Assembly: GCA_016176335.1 (NCBI GenBank)
Contig: JACOXI010000004.1
Span: 82,303-146,302 of the forward strand
From: Candidatus Daviesbacteria bacterium
GTDB taxonomy: Bacteria > Patescibacteriota > Microgenomatia > Daviesbacterales > UBA10151
Direction of reading: 5' to 3'
Length of the DNA stretch: 64,000 nucleotides
How positions within the stretch are numbered: the first letter of the stretch is position 1; every line of letters begins with the position of its first letter. The notes under the pieces are model-generated. The model worked only from the letters and a program-made list of their open reading frames with translations, made no database searches and had not been told where the DNA came from. Shown piece after piece: positions 40,747 through 50,191 of this stretch. The translations under genes and the position numbers were made by a program.

Positions 40747-41820
40747 TTAGTATTTTTGCAAAAAGTTTAAGTCTCCTTCCAAAAAGAATCTGATATCTTC
40801 AATACCGTGTTTTAACATCAAGATTCTGTCCGGTCCAAATCCCCAGGCTAACCCTGTATATTTTTTGGGATCAAGATGGGTGGCTTTGTATACATTAGGA
40901 TGGATCATTCCTGCTCCTGCTATCTCAAACCAGCCGGTTTGCGAGCAAATCTTGCAGCCTTTTCCATGGCAAAAAACACAAAGAGAATCAATTCCTACAC
41001 CTGGTTCAACGAACGGATAATATTTGGGTCTAAACCTGGATTTAGCTTCTTTTCCTAAAATAGCTTTTAGAAAAAAATCAGATAAATATTTTAAATTAGC
41101 CATGGAAATATTCTCCCCAACAACCGCTATTTCAAACTGATTAAAGGTGTGTGAGTGCCTTGCATCAACTGCTTCATATCTGAAGCACCTGTCAAAACTC
41201 ATGGCTCTAATTGGGGTTTTACCTTTCTCCATCAGTCTGGGCCAGAAATTGGAGGTGTGAGTTCTTAAAAGCATCTGGCCCGGTGCCACCTTTATCTTGG
41301 AGGTATCTATATAAAGTGTATCCCACATATCTTTTGAAGGGTGATCTTTAGGGATATTTAGGTCCTCAAAATTGTATTTATCCCATTCCACATGAGGTGC
41401 ATCAAATTGCTGAAAACCTAATTTTTCAAAAAGGTCAATAATTTCTTTTTTGAATTGAGTGGCCAGATGAAGATGTCCCTGTCTTTTCTTAATGTCAGCA
41501 CCTTTAATATCTGATTCAAATGACTCATTTTCTAATGCCTTATAAATTGCCTCTCTTACCCCTTCACGCTTTACCCTGATCGCTTCCTCAAGTTTTTTCT
41601 TTACCTCATTAAACAAGGGGCCGACCTTTTGCAGTGCATCCTTAGATAAATTCTTAAATGATCTTGAGAGTTGATCAACCTCACCATTTTTACCAAACAG
41701 ATCAATAAAGATCTTATCCAACTCTTTTAAGGAGTAAGAGGAAGAAATTTTATTTTGATAATCTTTTTGAATTTTTTTAAGATTTAGATCCATAGATCGC
41801 AAGCTTTGCTTATCTTCCAC
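40747..41820 (-). CDS. pheS: Phenylalanine-tRNA ligase alpha subunit
   Basis: HPSKDMWDT, LLRTHTS, FRYEAVDARH, YPFVEPG, GLAWGFG; start is GTG 41820 or ATG 41793. Confidence 0.97.
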   Translation of the reverse strand: MEDKQSLRSMDLNLKKIQKDYQNKISSSYSLKELDKIFIDLFGKNGEVDQLSRSFKNLSKDALQKVGPLFNEVKKKLEEAIRVKREGVREAIYKALENESFESDIKGADIKKRQGHLHLATQFKKEIIDLFEKLGFQQFDAPHVEWDKYNFEDLNIPKDHPSKDMWDTLYIDTSKIKVAPGQMLLRTHTSNFWPRLMEKGKTPIRAMSFDRCFRYEAVDARHSHTFNQFEIAVVGENISMANLKYLSDFFLKAILGKEAKSRFRPKYYPFVEPGVGIDSLCVFCHGKGCKICSQTGWFEIAGAGMIHPNVYKATHLDPKKYTGLAWGFGPDRILMLKHGIEDIRFFLEGDLNFLQKY

Positions 41821-41861
41821 AAATCTGATTCTAGCACAACAGGAAGTCTGGAACCAGACTT

Positions 41862-42809
41862 TTAATCTTGCAAATAAGTGTTGTATTGCAAGAACCAATT
41901 AAGGATTTCTTCTGCTCTTGCCCGATATTCATCTCCATTTGTTGAAACCAAGAGGCTTCTTATCCAGCAAGACAGACGAATCCTTGTTTCCGCATTATCC
42001 CCTCCTTCTTGTTCTGGAACTTTACCTTCATCTTCGACAGAGAGTTTCAGAGCTTCTCCAAAATCTTGCGGTTTTACCATCGCTAAAGTAAGATTAGTAA
42101 TAAATCGTATAGCCGCCATGTTACACGTAATCTTTTGCCGCAGAGGTCTTTTTAAGGGTTCATCGCTAACGGAATATAAAATATGATTTAAAAAAACTTG
42201 TCGATCGGTGGAAAAAAGCGGCATCTTAACAATTTCTGCTCGTACATACGGGCAGTTGTTTCTGATAAGGGTTTTAAATCCGTGGGCTTTTTTGCGATCC
42301 GACCAACCATTTCTACTGTCCTGTGCTGCAATAACATATAGAGGTTCAGGTACTTCCATTCTTTGTAGACAAGAAGATAAGCGGTGTGCAGCAGTCGTAA
42401 TTGTGGCCCCGGATTGCGCTTCGTCAATTAGCATAAATCTTTGACTTGATCCGCATGCGCCTAAAGCTCTTTCCACCCCCCATTCTGCTACTAGTTTTTT
42501 TTCAACTTTTGTCAATCTGGCCTCTATACCAGTTTCAACTTCAATATGTGTTCCTAAGGGTAGAGAAACTTGATACAATCGTCTTCCATAAAAATTTCCT
42601 AAAGTTTCAAGGGCCCACCCAATTGGTCCAGCTCCTCTTTCAGGAATAAAGATAACATCAGGATTAAAGTTAGCAGTAAGAACATATATAGTGCCGCATC
42701 CCCGGATAAACCCGGCAGCCTCCTTAGGTGGTATCCTTCGGACTGCCATATCAATCGGCCGATATCTTGGAATAAGTTTTTCTTCAAGGCTTGTTTCAAG
42801 ATGGGACAT
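41862..42809 (-). CDS. Hypothetical type I phosphoribosyltransferase-fold protein
   Basis: FIPERGAG and FMLIDEAQSGATI resemble PRPP-binding loops. Confidence 0.55.
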   Translation of the reverse strand: MSHLETSLEEKLIPRYRPIDMAVRRIPPKEAAGFIRGCGTIYVLTANFNPDVIFIPERGAGPIGWALETLGNFYGRRLYQVSLPLGTHIEVETGIEARLTKVEKKLVAEWGVERALGACGSSQRFMLIDEAQSGATITTAAHRLSSCLQRMEVPEPLYVIAAQDSRNGWSDRKKAHGFKTLIRNNCPYVRAEIVKMPLFSTDRQVFLNHILYSVSDEPLKRPLRQKITCNMAAIRFITNLTLAMVKPQDFGEALKLSVEDEGKVPEQEGGDNAETRIRLSCWIRSLLVSTNGDEYRARAEEILNWFLQYNTYLQD

Positions 42810-42947
42810 AAAAGTAAGATACAGAATACGAAAGAATTATTCTACTATAGGTTGATAAGGAAATCAAATTTTCTTAATATCATATCTTGATATCGCATCT
42901 CGGAGGTGTGACTATATCAATATACCAACAGGATAACTCAGTCGGAT

Positions 42948-43694
42948 CTAAGAGGGTTGACGAAGGGTGATTCTGAAAAAGGCTTCAGCGTATTTTGCTT
43001 TAGGCTGACTTTTTTTACCCAGCATTGCGCTCATTTGCTTGATTCTTTCCTGAAACTTTTCTATATCTCTGAATTGGCTTTTATGACAGGAGATAGCTTT
43101 CATTTTTAAATCAACAGTTTTGGAAATATCCACATAAAAGTTGTGCTTTCCGAAGTTGACCAGTAACACTTCTTCTACAACATGTGGTTCCAAACCTTCT
43201 GCAAGAAGTTCTGGAAATGATCTGACATTTCGAGCATAGGGAAAGATTGCATCCAAAGTTGCTTGGCCGCAAACTCGATGATCCGGATGATTGATAAACC
43301 GGCGGTTTTCATCATAGACTAAAGTTGGATCAAAACAGATCACTGTTTCGGGTTTAACTTGACGAATAATTTTGACAATCTGTTTTCTTAACTCGGGAGT
43401 ATTTTCTAATTCCCCATCCACGAAATCTTGGAAAAAAACTTTTTTAACTCCCAGAATTTTGGCGGCATTTTCTTGTTCCGCATGCCTTAATTTTGTCAGT
43501 TTCTTATCGGAGATTTTGGAATCCTCGGACCCTTTGCTCCCGTCTGTGAGTACTAAATAGAAAGCTTCACCACCATCTTGGATAATTTTGGAGATGGTAC
43601 CGGAACACCCGATATCTATATCATCAGGGTGTGCCCCTACTGCCAATACAATTTTCTTAGGCTTTTGCTTCTTCGATAACTTTTTTAAAATCAT
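42948..43694 (-). CDS. PIG-L/LmbE family deacetylase
   Basis: AHPDD, LTDGSKG, HPDH, HKSQ. Confidence 0.93.
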   Translation of the reverse strand: MILKKLSKKQKPKKIVLAVGAHPDDIDIGCSGTISKIIQDGGEAFYLVLTDGSKGSEDSKISDKKLTKLRHAEQENAAKILGVKKVFFQDFVDGELENTPELRKQIVKIIRQVKPETVICFDPTLVYDENRRFINHPDHRVCGQATLDAIFPYARNVRSFPELLAEGLEPHVVEEVLLVNFGKHNFYVDISKTVDLKMKAISCHKSQFRDIEKFQERIKQMSAMLGKKSQPKAKYAEAFFRITLRQPS

Positions 43695-44004
43695 CTGGGT
43701 GGTTGATTGCTAAATCTGCCATGAGCTTGCGGTTTAGTTGTATGTTTTTGAGTTTGAGTTGATTGATAAATTTGGAATAACTTAATCCCTCTGCCCGCAG
43801 GGCATTTCCCAGTTGTATGATCCAAAGACTTCTCATATCACGCTTCCTCAATTTTCTGCCGGCAAACGCATATCGCCCGGCATGCAGAAGGGAAGATTTT
43901 GCTTCCCTGATATTCTTGCTTCTGCCACCCCTGTGGCCGGAAGTCAGGCTCAATACTTTTTTATGTTTTCTATGAGAGGTAACACCTCTTTTAACTCTTG
44001 CCAT
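43657..44004 (-). CDS. rplT: 50S ribosomal protein L20
   Basis: MARVKRG, RKRDMRSLWI, LNRKLMADLA. Confidence 0.98.
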   Translation of the reverse strand: MARVKRGVTSHRKHKKVLSLTSGHRGGRSKNIREAKSSLLHAGRYAFAGRKLRKRDMRSLWIIQLGNALRAEGLSYSKFINQLKLKNIQLNRKLMADLAINHPDDFKKVIEEAKA

Positions 44005-44151
44005 AATAACCGCCCTTTTTGAAAAAATTAATTACTTTTCCAAAATAACCTGCTCTATTAATACCGGAGTAGTTTCTGGGAATCGAGTTGCCTTTTCTTG
44101 AACTGCCGGTTTGTCTAAAGTTTCTGGTTTCTTTACCCATACTTGAGATCC

Positions 44152-44349
44152 TTATGCCGAAATCACCTTTCTTAAGCTTTTGGATTCGCCCTTAAAATAT
44201 TCCGTTGTTTTGCCTTGACGATTCAGGGCACCTTTTGTTTTCTTCCTTTTTAGATGCCCTGCACCTAATTGATGTCTTCTTAAAATCTTACCCTTGGAGG
44301 TAATCTTTACTCTTTTTAAAAATGTTTTTTTCGTTTTTTGCTTTGGCAT
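44152..44349 (-). CDS. rpmI: 50S ribosomal protein L35
   Basis: MPKQKTKK...KRVKITSKGKI. Confidence 0.95.
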   Translation of the reverse strand: MPKQKTKKTFLKRVKITSKGKILRRHQLGAGHLKRKKTKGALNRQGKTTEYFKGESKSLRKVISA

Positions 44350-44365
44350 GATTTTGAGATTCACA

Positions 44366-44926
44366 TTATACCTGATCCTTCAAAGAATTACCTCCCTTAA
44401 TTTGGGGTTGGGCTTTCACACCTCTATTTTTAGTCACTATTATGGATAAATTTCTTCCTTCAAACTTCGCTTCCCTTTCAATTGCCACCCCTTCACCCAA
44501 AAGGCTAATCGTCTGATTTAAGACTGCCCGTCCATTTTCAGGATGTGCCATCTCCCTCCCCTTAAATTTTACGGTCAGCTTAACTTTAAAGCCGTCCTTT
44601 AAAAACTCATGCGTTCTTGCAACTCTTACTTTAAGGTCGTGTTCATCAATTCTGGGGGACAACCAAAGCTCTTTAAGTCCCCCTTCCGACCCTTTTTTAG
44701 TTGCCCGTTCTTTTTTGCGCTCCTCGTACTTAAACTTTTGAAAATCTACAATTTTTGCCACCGGAGGATCGGTGTTAGGAGCTATCTCCACCAGATCCAA
44801 TTCCTCATCCTTTGCTTTTTTTAAAGCTTCTTCTTTAGTTAAGATTCCTACTTGCTTACCATCAGAATCTATAACCCGCAGTTTGCTCGCCTGGATAAAT
44901 TGGTTTAATCTATGAAATTTGGCCAG
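44366..44926 (-). CDS. infC: Translation initiation factor IF-3 with a CTG start
   Basis: AAGGAG Shine-Dalgarno, in-frame TAG directly before CTG GCC AAA; LNQFIQASKLRVI, LDLVEIAP, PPVAKIVD, FKGREMAH. Confidence 0.95.
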   Translation of the reverse strand: MAKFHRLNQFIQASKLRVIDSDGKQVGILTKEEALKKAKDEELDLVEIAPNTDPPVAKIVDFQKFKYEERKKERATKKGSEGGLKELWLSPRIDEHDLKVRVARTHEFLKDGFKVKLTVKFKGREMAHPENGRAVLNQTISLLGEGVAIEREAKFEGRNLSIIVTKNRGVKAQPQIKGGNSLKDQV

Positions 44927-44965
44927 CTAAAACTCTCCTTCCAGTATTTTTAATATTATCATATA

Positions 44966-46189
44966 TTATTGTTTAGACTCAATTTCATGCAAGATCCTTT
45001 TAGTAAATTCCTCAATACTCAATAATGCTAATTTTTCACCTGATCTGGTTCTAACAGATACTTGACCAATCTCCTCTTCTTTTTTGCCGACTATTAACAT
45101 ATAAGGAATTTTTTGTAGTTGGGAGTCTCTGATCTTGGCCTGCATGGTTTCTGGTCTATTATCAAGCTCAACCCTAATGTTTGAACTATTTAATTGTTCG
45201 AGTACATTTTGTGCATATTCATTATTTTGATCCGAGATGGGTATAATTATTACCTGAATTGGTGATAACCACAAAGGAAAAGCGCCTTGAAAATGCTCGG
45301 TTAAAATTGCAACAAATCTCTCAAAAGATCCAAAAATTGCCCTATGTATCATAACAGGTCTAACTTTTTGTCCCTTTTCATCCGTATATTCCAATTTAAA
45401 CGCTTCCGGTTGGTGAAAATCCAGTTGAACAGTTGCCAACTGCCACTCTCTCCCTTGCGAATCCTTAATGTGTACATCAATTTTAGGGCCATAAAATGCG
45501 CCGTCCCCCATCTTATCCCCGGCTTTTATCCCCTTCTTTTTTAGGGCTTCCGTAAGCTTCCTTTCGGCCTTGTCCCAACCCGCATCCGATCCTGCCCTGA
45601 TATCCGGCCTTGTTGCCAATCTGAATTCATACTCAAATCCAAGACTTTTATAAAATTCCATCATCATATCCAAAATACCGGACACTTCATCAAATATCTG
45701 ATCTTCTGCTGCATAAATGTGAGCGTCGTCCATGGTGAGCTGTCTTACCCGCAGTAACCCGTTAACCTCTCCTGATTTTTCTCTTCTATGAAGCCTGCCA
45801 ATTTCCGAAAGTCGAAGCGGCAGTTCTTTGTAAGATCTTGGCCTGAATCTATAAATGATTGTTGATTCCGGACAGTTCATGGGTTTTAAGGAATACGAAA
45901 CCGGTTTGGAATCATCTGTTTCATCTGACAATTGAAGATTGTACATATTATGTTGGCCAAATTTTTCCCAATGCCCGGATTGCTTGAACAATTCGCTTTT
46001 AACCATAATCGGAGTTGAGGTTTCCAGGTAGCCGGCTTTTTCAGTGAGTTCGCGGATATACTTTTCCAGCTCCTTAAAAATAATCATTCCTTTTGGCAAC
46101 CAAAAAGGAGCACCGGGAGCAATTTCGTGGGTAAAAAAGAGCTCCAGCTCTTGTCCTAATTGTTTGTGGTCTTTTAAAATTTTATCCAT
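44966..46189 (-). CDS. thrS: Threonine-tRNA ligase lacking the N-terminal TGS and editing domains
   Basis: Starts MDKILKDHKQLG; LKPMNCP, GLLRVRQLTMDDAH, GAFYGPKID, HRAIFGSFERF. Confidence 0.97.
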   Translation of the reverse strand: MDKILKDHKQLGQELELFFTHEIAPGAPFWLPKGMIIFKELEKYIRELTEKAGYLETSTPIMVKSELFKQSGHWEKFGQHNMYNLQLSDETDDSKPVSYSLKPMNCPESTIIYRFRPRSYKELPLRLSEIGRLHRREKSGEVNGLLRVRQLTMDDAHIYAAEDQIFDEVSGILDMMMEFYKSLGFEYEFRLATRPDIRAGSDAGWDKAERKLTEALKKKGIKAGDKMGDGAFYGPKIDVHIKDSQGREWQLATVQLDFHQPEAFKLEYTDEKGQKVRPVMIHRAIFGSFERFVAILTEHFQGAFPLWLSPIQVIIIPISDQNNEYAQNVLEQLNSSNIRVELDNRPETMQAKIRDSQLQKIPYMLIVGKKEEEIGQVSVRTRSGEKLALLSIEEFTKRILHEIESKQ

Positions 46190-46197
46190 TTTTAGAG

Positions 46198-46270
46198 TGG
46201 GCGGTGCAGGGCTCGAACCCGCGGCCTCATTCACGTCAAGAACGCGCTCTACCAACTGAGCTAACCGCCC
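46198..46270 (-). tRNA. tRNA-Val(GAC)
   Basis: GGGCGGTTAGCTCAGTTGGTAGAGCG...TTGACGT...GGTTCGAGCCC...ACCGCCCA. Confidence 0.95.
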
Positions 46271-46316
46271 TCATCTGAATTTTATACAATGAAGTAAACT
46301 TATTCAAGAAAGAAGT

Positions 46317-46907
46317 TTATCCTACAGCCGAGAGCATATGTTGTCCGCCTGCCCGCTCCCCTGCCATATTATGCTGCATAAAGTAATTAATCTTACCTGT
46401 TGCTTGTTTAACTTGGTTTTGTTTTTGTTTTTTGAGATCGTTCTCCTGCATTTCCGAATTCTTTTTATTAAACCAGACTTCAACATCTAACCTCATATTG
46501 CCCTGATCATCCATAACATCTTCGTAAGAAAAGTTCGTTATTCCCCCAATTGTCCTGATGACATTTTCCCGCTGTTTAATGATGGCCTTTTTTCTTTTAT
46601 CTTTGTCCAATTCATCCTTTTGTCTTTGGGAAAGTTCTTTTTGAAAGTTTATTACCCTGACTTTTTCCTTATGTTCTTGCTCCTTTTTATCAAATTTTAA
46701 TTCTGTTTTACCTCCGATTGGAGTTGGACGAACAAGTACGTCTTGCTTAAATAGATCTACTATTGCATCAGTAACAAAGTTCCCCCCATCTGCCACAGCT
46801 TGTGGGGTGCTCTTGAGAAATTCTCCTCCCCATTCGTCAAAGAAGCCCAAAGCCCCACCTATTTGAGTCTGTGGTAAAATTTTTGAATCCAGGATACCTA
46901 AGTTCAT
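46317..46907 (-). CDS. Hypothetical protein
   Basis: 196-aa ORF with an upstream TTGACT/TAAAAT promoter-like sequence. Confidence 0.7.
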   Translation of the reverse strand: MNLGILDSKILPQTQIGGALGFFDEWGGEFLKSTPQAVADGGNFVTDAIVDLFKQDVLVRPTPIGGKTELKFDKKEQEHKEKVRVINFQKELSQRQKDELDKDKRKKAIIKQRENVIRTIGGITNFSYEDVMDDQGNMRLDVEVWFNKKNSEMQENDLKKQKQNQVKQATGKINYFMQHNMAGERAGGQHMLSAVG

Positions 46908-47085
46908 AAGTATGTAAATTTTACTACTTTAGGGCTATAAGTCAAATCCCTGTAGTACTAAGGCCCATGCCCATGATAGTATATGTGCTGTTAACTCTTG
47001 TGTTTTAATAAACTCTTTTAATTGTAAAAAGTTCTCTGCTGTTTTCAACTTTCAAACTTTTCGGGTAATAGAGGTCACTATAAAC

Positions 47086-47811
47086 TTATTGAATTCTGTT
47101 TAATTCCATAAATTCATTTAAAACCTGCTCGATTAAAGCATATTCTTCGTCACTCATTTCCTCCAATGGTCTTTCCCCCGAGTAATAATAATCCTGAACC
47201 ACCTCGAGCTTCCTTCCCTCTCTTTTCAATCTTTCTTTATACTCTTCAATCTTTCTTTTTGCATCTTCTACATATTCTTCTACAACAACCTTTTTCATAT
47301 ATTCAGGAAGTTCATCTGATGGAGTAGGTTCGTCTTCTCTTGCCTCTCCCACCAATGAAACCTCCAGTTCAAAATCGCCCGTGTGTGTAAATGAAAAATC
47401 TATGTCAGCCCCTTTTTCTTTATCAATTTTAGCGACTGCCAATAAGTAAGGCCCTTCTCCTGGAACAGAGTAGGCTGTCGCAGAAAACGGATCTTGCTCA
47501 TGCCAGTACATATGCTGTAACTCTTCTGGAGTATTAATTTCATTCGCTATTCGATATTCATAATCAGGATGATCTGTTCCTAGTTGTCCTTGCTGCATTA
47601 ACCATCCTACTATCACTTGTACTTTATTACGAATACCCATCACTTGATCAGGAGTAGCTGTTATTTCCGATCTTCCCGTAGATGGAACATTTAAAAAATA
47701 TAAATCTGCTTGTTTTTCGCCAGGCAGGCGCGTATCTCCTCTCGATATATCTACCAAATTTCCTCTTTGCAGGCTTACTCTTATTTGCTCTAAGGGCTCT
47801 CTTTCTTTCAT
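47086..47811 (-). CDS. Hypothetical acidic protein
   Basis: 241-aa ORF with a consensus promoter directly upstream. Confidence 0.75.
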   Translation of the reverse strand: MKEREPLEQIRVSLQRGNLVDISRGDTRLPGEKQADLYFLNVPSTGRSEITATPDQVMGIRNKVQVIVGWLMQQGQLGTDHPDYEYRIANEINTPEELQHMYWHEQDPFSATAYSVPGEGPYLLAVAKIDKEKGADIDFSFTHTGDFELEVSLVGEAREDEPTPSDELPEYMKKVVVEEYVEDAKRKIEEYKERLKREGRKLEVVQDYYYSGERPLEEMSDEEYALIEQVLNEFMELNRIQ

Positions 47812-47819
47812 AATTTTGT

Positions 47820-47848
47820 ATTATAGGATAATCAAATTGGACTGTCAA
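47820..47848 (-). promoter_or_regulatory. Consensus sigma70 promoter
   Basis: TTGACA-17 bp-TATAAT, 8 nt before ATG 47811. Confidence 0.8.
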
Positions 47849-47912
47849 GATGATTTGCAATAATATTTATATTACACACAAGCAACACCGTTGGAGTTTT
47901 AAATGGCCGTCT

Positions 47913-47996
47913 TGGTGGCCAAGAGAGGACTCGAACCTCCACGGGTTTCCCCATACGGTCCTAAACCGTACGCGTATACCATTTCGCCACTTGGCC
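47913..47996 (-). tRNA. tRNA-Leu(TAG)
   Basis: GGCCAAG acceptor, TACGG-TTTAGGA-CCGTA, long variable arm, encoded CCA. Confidence 0.96.
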
Positions 47997-48008
47997 ATTC
48001 AGGTGGAC

Positions 48009-48797
48009 TCATGAATATTTTAACACAGCAACCTGGTGTGCCTGAAGTTCCAAAGTATCATCCAAAGGTTCCAGTTCGATATCTTCCCCATACTTTACTT
48101 CCAGAGCTTTTTTAAGAAGCCAATCTGCCAGTTTTGGATTTTTAGGTAAAAGTGATCCGTGCATATAACATCCAATGGCATTTTTATAAATGCAGCCCTC
48201 TGTTTCGTCTTCTCCATTATTTCCAAATCCTTTCATAACCATTCCCAAAGGAATGGCACTTTTTTTAAGATAGGTTTTTCCGGAGTGGTTTTCAAAGCCA
48301 ACCAAAAGGTTGGAATATCGTGTATCGTTTATCGTGTATCGTTGTTTTTTGCCTTTCCGATAATCGATTAACGATAAACCATTAACTTCTATCACTATAT
48401 TGCCGATCATGCGATCAAAACTGGCCACAGTATAGGCTGGAAATAGTCCTACTCCAGGAAGTTTTAGACCTTTGTGGGGTTTATAATACTCTCCCAGTAG
48501 CTGATATCCTCCACAAATAGAGAGAAGTGGCACTCCGCGCTCGACTTCTTGTTTTATAATCTTACCCTTACTACTCACTACCAAATCCCTAGCTACTAAT
48601 TCTTGTTGCTGATCCTGTCCTCCACCAAAGAAAAAGATATCTGTGTCTCCTTTTTTAAATTTATCCCCCATGGAAATTTGTTTAACCTGAACCTCAATCC
48701 CCCTCCACTGGGCCCGTTTTGTCAGGGTGATAATATTGCCTGTATCCCCGTAGATGTTCATCAGATCCCCGTATAGATAACCAATGATTAGTTTCAT
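48009..48797 (-). CDS. gatD: Lipid II isoglutaminyl synthase glutaminase subunit (CobQ-like)
   Basis: MNIYGDTGN, GGGQD, ICGGYQLLG, GFENHSG, YMHGSLLPKN. Confidence 0.93.
   Translation of the reverse strand: MKLIIGYLYGDLMNIYGDTGNIITLTKRAQWRGIEVQVKQISMGDKFKKGDTDIFFFGGGQDQQQELVARDLVVSSKGKIIKQEVERGVPLLSICGGYQLLGEYYKPHKGLKLPGVGLFPAYTVASFDRMIGNIVIEVNGLSLIDYRKGKKQRYTINDTRYSNLLVGFENHSGKTYLKKSAIPLGMVMKGFGNNGEDETEGCIYKNAIGCYMHGSLLPKNPKLADWLLKKALEVKYGEDIELEPLDDTLELQAHQVAVLKYS
48316..48385. repeat. 7-bp array with inverted arms inside gatD
   Basis: TATCGTG/TATCGTT x4 ... CGATAAT CGATTAA CGATAAA CCATTAA. Confidence 0.9.
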
Positions 48798-48801
48798 AAT
48801 A

Positions 48802-48874
48802 GTCGTCAGATGTCAGTCGTCAGTCATCAGACTTTTTTGTGACTGTCTGATGGCTGAAAGCTGAAGACTGATAG
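48802..48874. repeat. Intergenic 7-bp array with inverted arms between murT and gatD
   Basis: GTCGTCA GATGTCA GTCGTCA GTCATCA ... CTGATGG CTGAAAG CTGAAGA CTGATAG. Confidence 0.85.
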
Positions 48875-50167
48875 CTAATTTTCCTCCGCCCAATAATGTT
48901 TCTTTATTTTGGTTTTTGCCAAAATTGACTGCAGTTTTAGCATGGCAGTATAAGTTGGAAATACAAATAGCCTGTCTTTTAACCCCATTGTAGCTTCTTT
49001 AAGAGCATTGCTTAAACTATCATCAACAATCATTGTTTTTGGATCAAATCCCGCATATTTAAGCCTGACAGCCAAATCATAGGCTCTGGCACCAGATACA
49101 TAAAGTGAGGGGCCCCTCGACTTCGCTCGGGGCGAATTTCGAAGAAGTTCGAAATTCGCATCCCAGATCCAGGAAACATCTGTTCCGTCCGCAATATTAT
49201 CGTTTAAAGCAAAAAGCATCCTGTCATTTTTTTTGATATTTGGGGTAACTGTTTCAAAGACCGCTGTTGCCCCGGCAGGGTTTTTAATTAAAAATATGTA
49301 GCCAAACGGGAGTTTTTCTACTCTGCCAAAGGCAGGAGAAAAATTTTTAAGCGAGGAAATCATAGTATCTGGTTTAAAACTCAAGTTTAAACCTGCTGCG
49401 AATGCTGCCAGAAAATCATAAATATGGTAGACGCCGGGAAGAGGCAGGTTTATCGTTAATCGTATATTGAATATCGTTAAGGCAAAAGTAGATCCATTTA
49501 AGCCACTAAGTTTTACATTCTTAGCTTCGTAATCGAGGTTTCCATGCTCTTTTTCGTGCACCAGACTTTCCCCCACAATTTTAAAGTCTTTCACCCCAAA
49601 TTTTTGGATAACACCTTTAAAGCATTTAGATAATTTTGCAGTATTTGCATCATCCCCATTAACCAACACCACTGTTTTTGGGGGTAAATTCTTTAATGTT
49701 TGGCACCAATTTTTGACTACGGTGTCCACTTCGCCATAGCGATCAAGCTGATCTCTAAATACATTCAAAAAAACTATAATATCTGGTTTAAGTTTTGGAG
49801 CAACAGTATTAAATGCAGCCTCATCTAATTCCCATATCCCTAAATCTATGTTCTCGCTGAGGATGTGGGAATAAGAATTAATCAAAGTAGAAGCAATGCC
49901 TCTTTCCAGATTTGAGCCTGTGTGGTTTCGTATGACTTTTATACCACTCTTGGAAGCAAAATGTGCAATCATTCGGGAGGTTGTGGTTTTGCCGTTTGTT
50001 CCTGTGACAACCACATTCATGGGGATTTTAGAACTTAATTTACTAACTATGTCAGGATCCAATTTGAGAGCATAAAGTCCTGGAGCTGCCGAACCACCAC
50101 CAATCCTTAAAATCTTTGACAAATAAGAAATGACCTGACCTAAAAAAACCGCTATAAAAGTCTGCAT
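48875..50167 (-). CDS. murT: Lipid II isoglutaminyl synthase Mur-ligase subunit
   Basis: TGTNGKTTT, FRDQLDRYGE, LIKNPAG, DGTDVSWIWD, PTYTAM. Confidence 0.93.
   Translation of the reverse strand: MQTFIAVFLGQVISYLSKILRIGGGSAAPGLYALKLDPDIVSKLSSKIPMNVVVTGTNGKTTTSRMIAHFASKSGIKVIRNHTGSNLERGIASTLINSYSHILSENIDLGIWELDEAAFNTVAPKLKPDIIVFLNVFRDQLDRYGEVDTVVKNWCQTLKNLPPKTVVLVNGDDANTAKLSKCFKGVIQKFGVKDFKIVGESLVHEKEHGNLDYEAKNVKLSGLNGSTFALTIFNIRLTINLPLPGVYHIYDFLAAFAAGLNLSFKPDTMISSLKNFSPAFGRVEKLPFGYIFLIKNPAGATAVFETVTPNIKKNDRMLFALNDNIADGTDVSWIWDANFELLRNSPRAKSRGPSLYVSGARAYDLAVRLKYAGFDPKTMIVDDSLSNALKEATMGLKDRLFVFPTYTAMLKLQSILAKTKIKKHYWAEEN
49112..49133. repeat. REP-like element inside murT
   Basis: CCCTCGACTTCGCTCGGG (49114-49131) is the exact reverse complement of 31045-31062. 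Confidence 0.85.
49451..49478 (+). repeat. 7-bp degenerate array inside murT
   Basis: TATCGTT AATCGTA TATTGAA TATCGTT; encodes LTIFNIRLTIN. Confidence 0.65.
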
Positions 50168-50191
50168 GTGGGAATTATACCAAGATTAAGA

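Noticed and set aside
46190-46255. N-terminal extension of ThrRS in the ORF track (MVERVLDV...)
   Set aside because: It is a translation of the tRNA-Val gene; the real start is ATG 46189.
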